The notes under the pieces are model-generated. The model was not told where the DNA came from. It searched no databases and saw nothing but the letters and a program-made list of their open reading frames with translations. A stretch of 64,000 nucleotides of DNA from Bacillota bacterium. GTDB taxonomy: Bacteria; Bacillota; DTU025. Made by a program: the position numbers and the translations under genes. The stretch is taken from the NCBI GenBank assembly GCA_050951805.1, contig JBMNJT010000003.1, forward strand, positions 1 to 64,000, written 5' to 3'. This document shows, piece by piece, positions 28,215 to 39,609 of the stretch. Position 1 is the stretch's first letter; the number at the start of each line of letters is the position of its first letter.

Positions 28215-30053
28215 GTGTCTCTTGCTGCGTCGCATTCGATGGTCTATGTCTATGACAATACTGGCAACGGCATAAGAATGACGTATCCCAATGACGTAAG
28301 CTTCAGTTTCGAGTATGACAACCGCAACAGGCTGGCTAGGATCCCAGGTTACTTCGGCTCCGTGGACCAGCCGTGGCAGATGGGGTTTACGTACGATGCC
28401 AACGGCCATCTTGCAAGCTCTACTTCGATCAACGGGGTGAGCACCGGCTACACGACCGATGCCCAGGGCAGGCTGAAGTCCATAACTGCAACAAGGCAAC
28501 AGCCGTTTGAAAACATACTGCAACTTGGCTACTCGTACACGTCCCAAGGGAATGTATCCCGCATATCTGGAATCAATGGGGGTTCTCCGTTTGAGCTGAA
28601 CTACGGGTACGACCGGATCAACAGGCTCACGTTTGCCCAGGTTCCCAGGCCCGGGGGAATGGCCAACGCAACCTACCAGTATGACGGGGCAGGCAATCGA
28701 ACGGTTGAGAGCTGGTCGGACACTGGCACAGTGCAATGCCAGTACTTGCCTGGAAACTACCTGAGGACCCGGGGGACGACAGCCTACTCCTGGGGGCCAT
28801 ACGGGCAGTTGACATCAAAGACGCAAGGCCAGACAAGAACGGATTATGCGTACAGCGCTCAGCGCCTGATGAGCGAGGTGAAGGTGGACGGCGCGGCTCT
28901 GGCGAAATACGAGTACGACGCCATGGGCCGCAGGATAAGGGCGATCGAGGGCGAGTCGACCGTCATAACCTTGCACTCTGGGAACGATATAGTGTACGAG
29001 GTTCGCACAATGTCGCAGGCTGCGGGTTCGAACGCTGGGCTAAACGCAATCCCGGGCGACCCGATAATAGTCGATCCGATTGGCCTGATAATTGAGGATC
29101 CGCCCACTTCCCCGGTGACGGAGTATGACAGACTCGTCACATGCTACCTTGTCCTGAACGGGAAACACTTGGCTAAGGTAGTGCAGCAAGACTTGGATTC
29201 CGCTGAAGCCTACTTTTGCCACACCGACATGCTGGGATCCATAAGGGCGATCACCGATTCTTCGGGCGAGGTCGCAGCGAGGTTCGAATATGAACCGTTC
29301 GGGTTGGTTGCCACATCAACAGGGCCGCTGGCCAGCGGAGCGCATAGATTCACTGGAAAGCCTGAGGATGGCGCTATAGGGTTCTACTACTTTGGGGCCA
29401 GGTACTATGACCCCGAGGTGGGGAGGTTTACGAGTAGGGATCCGATCTATCATGGGGCAAATTGGTACTCATATTGCAGTTCGAATCCTCTTGCGTCCTG
29501 TGACCGTAACGGATTACGAGACGAGCCGGGAACCGGTTCAGGGGTTATTCGGTCGGAGCAAGAACTATTCATAGTGGAAACACAGGAGGCCTATCCCGGA
29601 TTCGTATGGGACTCCCGGAACCAAGCTCCCTTTCACACGCAGTTTTTCGCTTGGCTGAACGATCATCCTAAGGAACGCGGAAGAGTATTTCCTGAGCCCA
29701 ATTGGTCACTCAGATTAGGGCTCAGTGCGTCTATCTGGCCGTACGGGGTTGAAGGCCATCTAGATCTAGGTGCACGAAGGGTGCAGGTTGGGAAGACGTT
29801 GTCGGCCCAATCAATTGCCGGATTCAGCTTTGACACAGAGTTCAGCAGGAGATTGCGAAATGTGGACGTTAGGGTTGAGACGACGGTGGGCCTGAACAAG
29901 CACTTTGGCATTGGCGCATTGTGGGATCTTCACGAGGATGGAAGAGCATCATGGGCCGGGTTAGCGCTTCATGTGGGCCCTGGCTATGGCCTCCCGATTA
30001 GCTTAACCGTTCCAATACCCAAGCATGCGCCTCCGTTTGGCGGGATTATCTAG
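28215..30053 (+). CDS. Orphan Rhs module (core plus alternative tip of unknown activity)
   Basis: Core near-identical to 22270-23407; ends NPLASCDRNG and continues into a distinct Gly-rich, beta-rich tip. Confidence 0.88.
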   Translation: MSLAASHSMVYVYDNTGNGIRMTYPNDVSFSFEYDNRNRLARIPGYFGSVDQPWQMGFTYDANGHLASSTSINGVSTGYTTDAQGRLKSITATRQQPFENILQLGYSYTSQGNVSRISGINGGSPFELNYGYDRINRLTFAQVPRPGGMANATYQYDGAGNRTVESWSDTGTVQCQYLPGNYLRTRGTTAYSWGPYGQLTSKTQGQTRTDYAYSAQRLMSEVKVDGAALAKYEYDAMGRRIRAIEGESTVITLHSGNDIVYEVRTMSQAAGSNAGLNAIPGDPIIVDPIGLIIEDPPTSPVTEYDRLVTCYLVLNGKHLAKVVQQDLDSAEAYFCHTDMLGSIRAITDSSGEVAARFEYEPFGLVATSTGPLASGAHRFTGKPEDGAIGFYYFGARYYDPEVGRFTSRDPIYHGANWYSYCSSNPLASCDRNGLRDEPGTGSGVIRSEQELFIVETQEAYPGFVWDSRNQAPFHTQFFAWLNDHPKERGRVFPEPNWSLRLGLSASIWPYGVEGHLDLGARRVQVGKTLSAQSIAGFSFDTEFSRRLRNVDVRVETTVGLNKHFGIGALWDLHEDGRASWAGLALHVGPGYGLPISLTVPIPKHAPPFGGII

Positions 30054-30072
30054 GGGTATAAGGAGCTGACAT

Positions 30073-30333
30073 ATGTTGGGCGTGCGGATTATCGTAGTCA
30101 TGTTGGCTGGTGCAGGCATTGTATTTGGCACGCTCCAGATTCTTGGGTCGGTCTACGGCTGGAGAGCGTTTTTTGATCCACCCACTGAATGGAATCGGTT
30201 TTGGCCTCAGTCATTCCTGAAGAGTGCACTGGGCTTAGAGATGCTACTGACATACAACTACATTACTGGCGCCTTGATGATTGTAGTGGCCACTGGTTTT
30301 TTGGTGGCTCTGGTACGCGGAAGCATCGAGTAG
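30073..30333 (+). CDS. Two-TM immunity candidate (Imm17-like layout)
   Basis: aaggag RBS; 86 aa, two TM helices flanking an aromatic loop WRAFFDPP..FW; directly after the tip. Confidence 0.7.
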   Translation: MLGVRIIVVMLAGAGIVFGTLQILGSVYGWRAFFDPPTEWNRFWPQSFLKSALGLEMLLTYNYITGALMIVVATGFLVALVRGSIE

Positions 30334-30364
30334 CAGCAAGAGCATCTGCCCAAGGGTAATCAGT

Positions 30365-31097
30365 TACCTTGTCCTGAACGGGAAACACTTGGCTAAGGTA
30401 GTACAGCAAGACTCGGATCCTGCTGAAGTCTACTTTTGCCACACCGACATGCTAGGATCCATAAGGGCGATCACCGACTCTTCGGGCGAGGTCGCAGCGA
30501 GGTTCGAGTATGAGCCGTTCGGGTTGGTTGCCACATCAACAGGGCCGCTGGCCAGCGGAGCGCACAGATTCACTGGAAAGCCTGAGGATGGCGCTATAGG
30601 GCTCTACTACTTTGGGGCCAGGTACTATGACCCCGAGGTCGGCAGGTTCACAAGTAGGGATCCAGCGGAAGATGGGCTGAACTGGTACGTATACTGCATT
30701 AACAACCCACTCAGATACATCGATGCTGATGGCCGATGGACCCTTGCCGTCGGCGGCAATGCGGTAGCAGCGTTTCTTCTGAAGGTAGGATTAACAGGCT
30801 AAGTAGTAATAGATGGGCACGGAAATATCGGGATTCTCATCGCTGTTGATATGGGAGGAGAAACGCCAAATGCCGGAGCAGCTCTTGCGTTCACATACAC
30901 TGGAGCAGACACGATATTCGATTTGCGGGGAATCGGATGTGCGGCGGGTGCAGCGTCTGCCTGATCCTACAAAAAGAAGCATCATGGGCGAACTGGGTAT
31001 TCCCGCAGAGACTTTTGGTGGAATGAGCAGCGGTAGCCCGGATTACCGGAGATCCGCTGGCAGCGCCCCGAGCGGAGTCACGTACTGTGCCATGTAG
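30365..31097 (+). pseudogene. Orphan Rhs core end plus Gly-rich tip, nonsense at 30800-30802 and a later frameshift
   Basis: HTDMLGS..YDPEVGRFTSRDP..NNPLRYIDADG; TAA where the 37 kb copy has CAA. Confidence 0.85.
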
Positions 31098-31229
31098 CCT
31101 TGCAGCCGAACTCTGCCTTAGCCATAGATAGTGCAGCGCCGGGTGGAAGGTCGCATACTTGGCTCTGACGCCTCGAGAGTCGGCTTTTGCACAGGAGGGA
31201 ATGCTTTGCGGAGAGTATTGCAGGAGTTC

Positions 31230-31790
31230 ATGTCTCATTTCCGTCGCATGTGGAACGTGGGGAGAAAGAACATAGCCTATGCCGCCAAGTGGGGGACACT
31301 CCTTTTTGTCGGTACTGCCTTGTGCGTAGATATGGGAATATCGGAAATATTGGGTGTATCCATAACTGCATTTGGCATATGTCAACTGTACCATGCTCGT
31401 TACGTGCTGAGCCTGTTTGACGAGTATCGGGATGCGCTACTGCCGTATTTTCACATGGATGCCAAGCAAGTTGAGCGCTATATGATGTGGTACCGGTATG
31501 GTGTAGGCGGAGCGAGGCTCATCGGACTCATAGCAATCGTTGGAGGCGCCTTTTCCACGATAGCCGTCCGAAAAGAGCTGTTGTCTTCGCTTCGCGCGAT
31601 CACTGGGGGCCAGCTTGTCAGTCACATAGCTATGATGATCGGCGTAATCATAGTTCTTTATTCTGGTGCCATAATACAGCTCACACCGGAGGGAAGCGTC
31701 TGGCGACAGAGGTGTATGTTGTTCTGGTTCCGAGCGTCGGGGGTCATGGTCATTCTCACGGGCCTGCTCATGTCATATCTCGTGCCTTGA
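31230..31790 (+). CDS. Membrane immunity candidate (about 5 TM), copy 1
   Basis: aggag RBS before ATG 31230; hydrophobic ORF following the tip. Confidence 0.7.
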   Translation: MSHFRRMWNVGRKNIAYAAKWGTLLFVGTALCVDMGISEILGVSITAFGICQLYHARYVLSLFDEYRDALLPYFHMDAKQVERYMMWYRYGVGGARLIGLIAIVGGAFSTIAVRKELLSSLRAITGGQLVSHIAMMIGVIIVLYSGAIIQLTPEGSVWRQRCMLFWFRASGVMVILTGLLMSYLVP

Positions 31791-31849
31791 GTCGACAGAA
31801 TCGCCGGCCCGGACGGGCTTTACGAGGTCGGCTGCTATCGGGCCGGAGA

Positions 31850-32320
31850 AGGTAGTCAACGACGGGGACCTTGTCATGGGGCTTCACTGTATATGGCAAT
31901 GCGATGCGAAACAGGACGTTCGGTTCTTCCAATGCCAAATCGAGGCGTATTCCAGGTGGGACAGGGCGGAATGGATGATGGGTTGGAGGATGGGACAAGA
32001 AATCCCGAACCCTGTGAGGTATCGCGTCATGAACAGGGTTCAGCCCATTAACTTTTTTCACACAGGCAGCACTGCGTTCCTCGTGTCGGGCAGGGTCGCG
32101 AAAGTAGCGATGGTCAACTCGATTTCGGCATTGGACGAGAAAGGTCTAGACGATTAGAGTCCCCTCGTTCCGAAACATGTCCGCGGTAGCGGCGGACGCC
32201 TCCCACTCCATTGCGCTGCTCTCCGACGGAACCCTGTGGGAATGGGGGGCGCTCGGTCGCATCCCTCGATTCGATTTGCACTACCCGTATCTATGGCTAC
32301 ATCCGGTTCAACTGAGGCCA
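31850..32320 (+). pseudogene. RCC1-repeat gene remnant, copy 1 (copy 2 at about 33780-34250)
   Basis: SDGQLDFG and MSAVAADASHSIALLSDGTLWEWG are readable in + frames. Confidence 0.55.
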
Positions 32321-32356
32321 TGATTGCAGACGGAGCGGCTTGCTTGTGAATCCAGC

Positions 32357-33029
32357 GAAGTCTACTTTTGCCACACCGACATGCTGGGATCCATAAGGGC
32401 GATCACCGACTCTTCGGGAGAGGTCGCAGCGAGGTTCGAGTATGAGCCGTTCGGGTTGGTTGCCACATCAACAGGGCCGCTGGCCAGCGGAGCGCACAGA
32501 TTCACTGGAAAGCCTGAGGATGGCGCTATAGGGCTCTACTACTTTGGGGCCAGGTACTATGACCCCGAGGTCGGCAGGTTCACAAGTAGGGATCCAGCGG
32601 AAGATGGGCTGAACTGGTACGTATACTGCATTAACAACCCACTCAGATACATCGATGCTGATGGCCGATGGACCCTTGCCGTCGGCGGCAATGCGGTAGC
32701 AGCGTTTCTTCTGAAGGTAGGATTAACAGGCTAAGTAGTAATAGATGGGCACGGAAATATCGGGATTCTCATCGCTGTTGATATGGGAGGAGAAACGCCA
32801 AATGCCGGAGCAGCTCTTGCGTTCACATACACTGGAGCAGACACGATATTCGATTTGCGGGGAATCGGATGTGCGGCGGGTGCAGCGTCTGCCTGATCCT
32901 ACAAAAAGAAGCATCATGGGCGAACTGGGTATTCCCGCAGAGACTTTTGGTGGAATGAGCAGCGGTAGCCCGGATTACCGGAGATCCGCTGGCAGCGCCC
33001 CGAGCGGAGTCACGTACTGTGCCATGTAG
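32357..33029 (+). pseudogene. Orphan Rhs core end plus tip, duplicate copy
   Basis: Same as 30425-31097 including the TAA. Confidence 0.85.
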
Positions 33030-33161
33030 CCTTGCAGCCGAACTCTGCCTTAGCCATAGATAGTGCAGCGCCGGGTGGAAGGTCGCATACTTGGCTCTGA
33101 CGCCTCGAGAGTCGGCTTTTGCACAGGAGGGAATGCTTTGCGGAGAGTATTGCAGGAGTTC

Positions 33162-33722
33162 ATGTCTCATTTCCGTCGCATGTGGAACGTGGGGAGAAAG
33201 AACATAGCCTATGCCGCCAAGTGGGGGACACTCCTTTTTGTCGGTACTGCCTTGTGCGTAGATATGGGAATATCGGAAATATTGGGTGTATCCATAACTG
33301 CATTTGGCATATGTCAACTGTACCATGCTCGTTACGTGCTGAGCCTGTTTGACGAGTATCGGGATGCGCTACTGCCGTATTTTCACATGGATGCCAAGCA
33401 AGTTGAGCGCTATATGATGTGGTACCGGTATGGTGTAGGCGGAGCGAGGCTCATCGGACTCATAGCAATCGTTGGAGGCGCCTTTTCCACGATAGCCGTC
33501 CGAAAAGAGCTGTTGTCTTCGCTTCGCGCGATCACTGGGGGCCAGCTTGTCAGTCACATAGCTATGATGATCGGCGTAATCATAGTTCTTTATTCTGGTG
33601 CCATAATACAGCTCACACCGGAGGGAAGCGTCTGGCGACAGAGGTGTATGTTGTTCTGGTTCCGAGCGTCGGGGGTCATGGTCATTCTCACGGGCCTGCT
33701 CATGTCATATCTCGTGCCTTGA
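33162..33722 (+). CDS. Membrane immunity candidate, copy 2
   Basis: Identical translation to 31230-31790. Confidence 0.7.
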   Translation: MSHFRRMWNVGRKNIAYAAKWGTLLFVGTALCVDMGISEILGVSITAFGICQLYHARYVLSLFDEYRDALLPYFHMDAKQVERYMMWYRYGVGGARLIGLIAIVGGAFSTIAVRKELLSSLRAITGGQLVSHIAMMIGVIIVLYSGAIIQLTPEGSVWRQRCMLFWFRASGVMVILTGLLMSYLVP

Positions 33723-34288
33723 GTCGACAGAATCGCCGGCCCGGACGGGCTTTACGAGGTCGGCTGCTATCGGGCCGGAGAAGGTAGTCAACGACGGGGA
33801 CCTTGTCATGGGGCTTCACTGTATATGGCAATGCGATGCGAAACAGGACGTTCGGTTCTTCCAATGCCAAATCGAGGCGTATTCCAGGTGGGACAGGGCG
33901 GAATGGATGATGGGTTGGAGGATGGGACAAGAAATCCCGAACCCTGTGAGGTATCGCGTCATGAACAGGGTTCAGCCCATTAACTTTTTTCACACAGGCA
34001 GCACTGCGTTCCTCGTGTCGGGCAGGGTCGCGAAAGTAGCGATGGTCAACTCGATTTCGGCATTGGACGAGAAAGATCTAGACGATTAGAGTTCCCTGGT
34101 TCCGAAACGTGTCCGCGGTAGCGGCGGGCGCCTTTCACTCCATTGCGCTGCTCTCCGACGGAACCCTGTGGGAATGGGGGGAGCTCGGCCACATCCCCCG
34201 ATTTGATTTTTGCTACCCATATCTATGGCCACATCCGGTTCGATTGAGGCCATGATTGCAGACGGGGCGGCTTGCTTGTGAATCCAGC

Positions 34289-34749
34289 CAGCGGCTCTTG
34301 CGACAGTCGTTTACGGTGAGAACGTTTTGCGCTCGCATGTATCTGAAGTCAAGGATCAGGTCGCTATCCTTGCGCTAATCATGTATGGTCATGATGCATC
34401 TATCGGAGTATGTCAGGTCAAGTTTTCAACCGCCCTGATGCTTGATCTGTCGATCAGCCCGAAATACTGGGCGACGCTTTCCAGGGCCGAGAGACAGAAG
34501 TTTCAGGCGTGTTTGGCGAAGGCGGCAATGCCTTACGCGGAACTCTATGTAGAGCGCCTTTCTGATCCTGTAACTTGCATGGAATATGCAGCTAGGTACC
34601 TTGCTTTCTTGGCCGAAGCTAGGGATTATGAGTCTCCAGAGGTATGGCTTTCTGATTACAATCGAGGGCTGTCGGAGTATAAGACTGCGACTGCATACGG
34701 TCAGCGCTACACTCGAGTTGCGAACCGTTATGCGTTTGCGATGGAGTAG
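34289..34749 (+). pseudogene. Orphan toxin tip with lysozyme/lytic transglycosylase-like motifs
   Basis: In frame AALATVVYGEN..ASIGVCQVK..LSDPVTCMEYAARYL..SDYNRG..YG, matching the SLT motif order; 5' end cut at the duplication junction. Confidence 0.7.
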
Positions 34750-34755
34750 GAGCTT

Positions 34756-35745
34756 ATGAGTGTCTCATTTGTGCGCGTGGTAATAGCAGGTATAGCGGTG
34801 TTTCTTGCAGTGTGTGTTTTTGTGTTCGTCTGGTATGGATCGTCTCTGCACGTACAGAAGACTATTGAGGAGTGGGAGAATCTTGGCACGGCATATCTCG
34901 ACCAAATTCATCGTGTGCTCACATCTGACCTGGAATGGGGTGCGAAGGAGCGTGCTCTGTTTGCCATAGAGAAGATACAGGATCCGTCGAGCCTAAGACA
35001 TTTGGTCAATCAGCTCTACTATAGTGGCCATTGGTGGCGGCGCGGTTGGGACGGGGAGAAGCGCTATCATGTAGATGCGTTCAGAGAAAGCGTCATGTAC
35101 GCCATATGCCTTTATGGGGATGATGGTTTGCCCATTCTTGTGCAGGAACTTGAGCTCAAGGGGCATCGAGCGTCAGATTACGCAATATGGGGAATTGGAT
35201 TGCTGAAGACTCAATCCGCACGCCGGGTTCTGGAGAATATAGCTCGGGACCCCAACTGGCGGCCAAAAAGTGAAGCTGTAACAGAAGCGCTGAGGCTATG
35301 GAGTCTGCCGGAGGCGCGGATGGCTAAGTTAAGCCTGCATCCTGACGAAGTCGACGACGAGCTGGCGAAGCTCACGGCGGCAGTTGAGACTGGAATAGGG
35401 CTTGTCGAGGAAATCCATTTTTGCGCCGTGGTCGACAGCTTGGGGTCGCTGAGGGTAGACCGCAGCAGAGAAGTGCTGAGGCGAATTGTGGAGCAGTTCC
35501 CGAGCCGTACTATTCAAGCAGCAAGCGTCCGTGCCCTCGGCCTGATCGGCGCACCTGCTGATGTGCCGTTCGTATGTGAATACGTGTTTGACTGTGATAT
35601 CGACATGAGGCGGGAGGCTATAGTAGCACTGGGGAAAATGGGGGACGAATCAGCCATTCCTACGTTGAAGAAGGTTCTTCAGCGAGAGCATGAGGCCCCT
35701 CGCAACAAGCGCCTTGCAGCAGAGGCAATAGACATGATTCGGTGA
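34756..35745 (+). CDS. Membrane-anchored HEAT/PBS-lyase repeat protein, immunity candidate
   Basis: aggag RBS; N-terminal TM; ASVRALGLIG, RREAIVALGKMGDESAIPTL, LAAEAI. Confidence 0.85.
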   Translation: MSVSFVRVVIAGIAVFLAVCVFVFVWYGSSLHVQKTIEEWENLGTAYLDQIHRVLTSDLEWGAKERALFAIEKIQDPSSLRHLVNQLYYSGHWWRRGWDGEKRYHVDAFRESVMYAICLYGDDGLPILVQELELKGHRASDYAIWGIGLLKTQSARRVLENIARDPNWRPKSEAVTEALRLWSLPEARMAKLSLHPDEVDDELAKLTAAVETGIGLVEEIHFCAVVDSLGSLRVDRSREVLRRIVEQFPSRTIQAASVRALGLIGAPADVPFVCEYVFDCDIDMRREAIVALGKMGDESAIPTLKKVLQREHEAPRNKRLAAEAIDMIR

Positions 35746-35758
35746 GGTTGCAGGTCGA

Positions 35759-37625
35759 TTGACTGAGGCCTTCTACGACCACGACGGTCGCATTACCCGG
35801 GCTGAGCTAACGAAGAGCGGGACGCTTCAGAATGAGACGACCGCCACGTACAACCTTCGCGGATGGCTTGTGGACGAGACTTGGATCATAGACCGAGAGC
35901 CATATTCCATGAGCTATGCCTATGACGACGTCGGCAACCGCATAAGCATGACTTACCCCAATAGTGTGAGCTTCAATTTCGAGTATGACAACCGCAACAG
36001 GCTGGCCAGGATCCCAGGATACTTCGGCCTCGTGAACCAGCCGTGGCAAATGGGGTTCGCATACGATGCCAACGGCTATCTTGCAAGCTCTACTTCGATC
36101 AACGGGGTGAGCACCGCCTACGCGACCGATGCCCAGGGCAGGCTGAAGTCCATAACCGCAACAAGGCAACAGCCGTTTGAAAACATACTGCAACTTGGCT
36201 ACTCGTACACGTCCCAAGGGAATGTATCCCGCATATCTGGGATCAATGGGGGTTCTCCGTTTGAGCTGAACTACGGATACGACCGGATCAACAGGCTCAC
36301 GTTTGCCCAGGTTCCCAGGCCCGGGGGAATGGCCAACGCAACCTACCAGTATGACGGGGCAGGCAATCGAACGGTTGAAAGCTGGTCGGACACTGGCACA
36401 GTGCAGTACCAGTACTTGCCCGGCAATTACCTTAGGACCCGGGGGACGACAGCCTACTCCTGGGGGCCATACGGGCAGTTGACATCAAAGACGCAAGGCC
36501 AGACAAGAACGGATTATGCGTACAGCGCTCAGCGCCTGATGAACGAGGTGAAGGTGGACGGCGTGGCTCTGGCGAAATACGAGTACGACGCCATGGGCCG
36601 CAGGATAAAGACGATCCAGGGCGAAACGACTACCATAACCTTGCACTCTGGGAACGATATAGTGTACGAGGTTCGCACAATGTCGCAGGCTGCGGGTTCG
36701 AACGCTGGGCCAAACGCAATCCCGGGCGACCCGATAATAGTCGATCCGATTGGTCCGATAATTGAGGATCCGCCGACTCCACCGCCTGATGACCCAGAGG
36801 ATCCTGACCCAGATGATCCCGATCCAGACGATCCCGGCACGGGCGACCCGCCCACTTCCCCGGTGACGGAGTATGACAGACTCGTCACATGCTACCTTGT
36901 CCTGAACGGGAAACACTTGGCTAAGGTAGTACAGCAAGACTCGGATCCTGCTGAAGTCTACTTTTGCCACACCGACTTGCTAGGATCCATAAGGGCGATC
37001 ACCGACTCTTCGGGCGAGGTCGCAGCGAGGTTCGAATATGAACCGTTCGGGTTGGTTGCCACATCAACAGGGCCGCTGGCCAGCGGAGCGCACAGATTCA
37101 CTGGAAAGCCTGAGGATGGCGCTATAGGGCTCTACTACTTCGGGGCCAGGTAATATGACCCCGAGGTAGGGAGGTTCACAAGTAGGGATCCAGCGGAAGA
37201 TGGGCTGAACTGGTACGTATACTGCATTAACAACCCACTCAGATACATCGATGCTGATGGCCGATGGACCCTTGCCGTCGGCGGCAATGCGGTAGCAGCG
37301 TTTCTTCTGAAGGTAGGATTAACAGGCCAAGCAGTAGTAGATGGGCACGGAAATATCGGGATTCTCATCGCTGTTGATATGGGAGGAGGAACGCCAAATG
37401 CCGGAGCAGCTCTTGCGTTCACATACACTGGAGCAGACACGATATTCGATTTGCGGGGAATCGGATGTGCGGTGGGTGCAGCGCCTGCCTGATCCTACAA
37501 AGAGAATCATCATGGGCGAATTGGGTATTCCCGCAGAGGCTATTGGTGGAATGAGCAGCGGTAGCCCGGATTACCGGAGATCCGCTGGCAGCGCCCCGAG
37601 CGGAGTCACGTACTGTGCCATGTAG
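35759..37625 (+). pseudogene. Orphan Rhs module with long core, nonsense at 37151-37153, same tip as 30365-31097
   Basis: Core matches 22106-23407; GAR*YDP (TAC to TAA); tip WTLAVGGNAVAAFLLKVGLTGQAVVDGHGNIG. Confidence 0.88.
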
Positions 37626-37757
37626 CCTTGCAGCCGAACTCTGCCTTAGCCATAGATAGTGCAGCGCCGGGTGGAAGGTCGCATACTTGGCTCTGACGCC
37701 TCGAGAATCGGCTTTTGCACAGGAGGGAATGCTTTGCGGAGAGTATTGCAGGAGTTC

Positions 37758-37981
37758 ATGTCTCATTTCCGTCGCATGTGGAACGTGGGGAGAAAGAACA
37801 TAGCCTATGCCGCCAAGTGGGGGACACTCCTTTTTGTCGGTACTGCCTTGTGCGTAGATATGGGAATATCGGAAATATTGGGTGTATCCATAACTGCATT
37901 TGGCATATGTCAACTGTACCATGCTCGTTACGTGCTGAGCCTGTTTGACGAGTATCGGGATGCGCTACTGCCGTATTTTCA
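37758..37981 (+). pseudogene. Membrane immunity candidate, copy 3, truncated by IS256
   Basis: Identity to 31230 onward stops at ccgtattttca (37981), where the IS end starts. Confidence 0.8.
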
Positions 37982-39589
37982 GATCAAGTCCGAAATGTGC
38001 TGTAAAAACAGTTCTCCTCTACTGGAGCATGTTTGTATAGATAGCTAGTCGGGACTGCCGACGAATTTCATCCAATTCCTCTTCCTTGGTATAGTGGACG
38101 CATTCGACTGGTTTGCACTTTCTATCCAAGTCGAATGAGTATTGTACTCCGGCTCGGCCTCGAGGCAAGTTAGTCCATGACCAAGATATTTATCTCTAGC
38201 TAGGTTCTGCTCGCCTCTCGGCTGGCGCCGGAGTCAGCGATAGCCATCAGCTTGGATTGTAACGAGAAGCGCTAACCCTCAAGCGACATGGAGCGAGGAT
38301 TCTGCCTGCCCCGATTCACAAGCCTGCTTCCATTGCCAATACTCAGCCATGTTGAGATACCTGCGAGCGGTACTCATCCCTTTCGATAAGCGCAGCACCA
38401 AGCAGCCTGATGGCCGAATCATCATTGGGGAATATCCTTATCACCCGTTCCCGCCTTCGGATCTCTTCGTTGAGCCTCTCTACACAGTTGGTTGTTCTCA
38501 GCCTTTTCCGGAGGCATTGGGGTAGAACCATTACAGCCATTGCATCGTCAAATCCTTCTTCAAGCCTGTCGATTGCCTTAGGGGCCCGAGCTGCGAAATC
38601 AGCGATGATGCCCTCTGGCAGTATCCATATCGGGCGCTTCAAACATGAGGCGCAGTCGGGAGTGGAGTTGCCTTGGGGCACGCATCCAGGATGTTCTTAG
38701 TGAAATGAGTCTGGCAACGCTGCCATGATGCCCCCTGAAACTCTACTGCTACAGCATTGACTAGTCCTCCATGGTCATCTGACACCACAAGGTCTACGCC
38801 CGAAAGGCCCCTTGCCTTTAAAGAGTTGAAGAACTCGCGCCATGAGTCTTCCTTCTCGCTGTCTGCAAGCATGAACCCGATAATCTCGCGCATGCCTTCA
38901 GAGTTTACGCCTACGGCAATCAGCGCACTGTGATTCCAGACCCTGCCTCCCTTGCGGATCTTGATCACTATCGCATCAACCAATAAAAACGGATATGGCC
39001 CTTTGTCGAGAGGACGTTCGCGCCATTCGCGCACTGCAGGGTCCAGCGTCTTCACCATGTCTGAGACTGTGGATTCCGAGATGTCCACACCACATAGCTC
39101 GCGGGTTATCTTTCGGATCTTACGAGTAGACACTCCGTTCCAACAAGCGTGGCAATCAGGGCTCGTTCGCTGCGCTGGTACCTCTCAAAAAGGTCCGTAT
39201 CCAGTTTGCCCTCTTTAAACTGAGGGACCTCGAAGGTAATTGAGCCTACCCGCGTCACCAAGGATCGCCTTCTGGACCCATTGCGATACCCGGTCCGCTC
39301 CTCAGTTCTCTGATAAGGCTCTGCCCCAAGCTGCTCCGTAGCCTGCGCTTCAAGCACCTGGTTAAGCACTGATTCAAGAAGGTTTGCTAACCCACGGTCC
39401 CCATCAAAAAGTCCATGCAATTGCTCTTCGGATATGCTAATCTGATATGTAGCCATTGGTTCTCCTCCTAGTAGATAATTGGTTCTTCCATGCTCCAATT
39501 CTACTAGAGAACCAGTGGCCTTTCCATACCCATCCCCACCCACCACAACAGGGCAAAGGCCTTTTTACAGCATTATATCGGACGTGACT
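37982..39589 (-). mobile_element. IS256-family element with frameshifted, deleted transposase (ATG 39456)
   Basis: Imperfect IRs gatcaagtccgaaatgtgctgtaaaa and agtcacgtccgatataatgctgtaaaa; RTGYRNG, LFERYQRSE, STRKI, VSDDHGGL, WQRCQTHF, LRTTNCVERLNEEIRRR in three frames. Confidence 0.9.
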
Positions 39590-39609
39590 ACCTGCACATG
39601 AAGATAGGC

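Larger units (their letters stand above)
30425..34288 (+). repeat. Tandem duplication, two 1932-bp units (30425-32356 and 32357-34288)
   Basis: Both units start gaagtctacttttgccac and end gtgaatccagc; all ORFs recur with offset 1932. Confidence 0.95.

Noticed and set aside
30425-34288. Diversity-generating retroelement template/variable repeat pair
   Set aside because: No reverse transcriptase in the window and differences between copies are not adenine-specific
7185-37153. Several in-frame TAA codons in Rhs genes (7185, 30800, 32732, 37151) suggesting stop-codon reassignment or read-through
   Set aside because: They replace different residues (Gln, Tyr, His/Tyr) in sister copies, and TAA ends normal genes such as the secretin and btuF; simple nonsense mutations fit better
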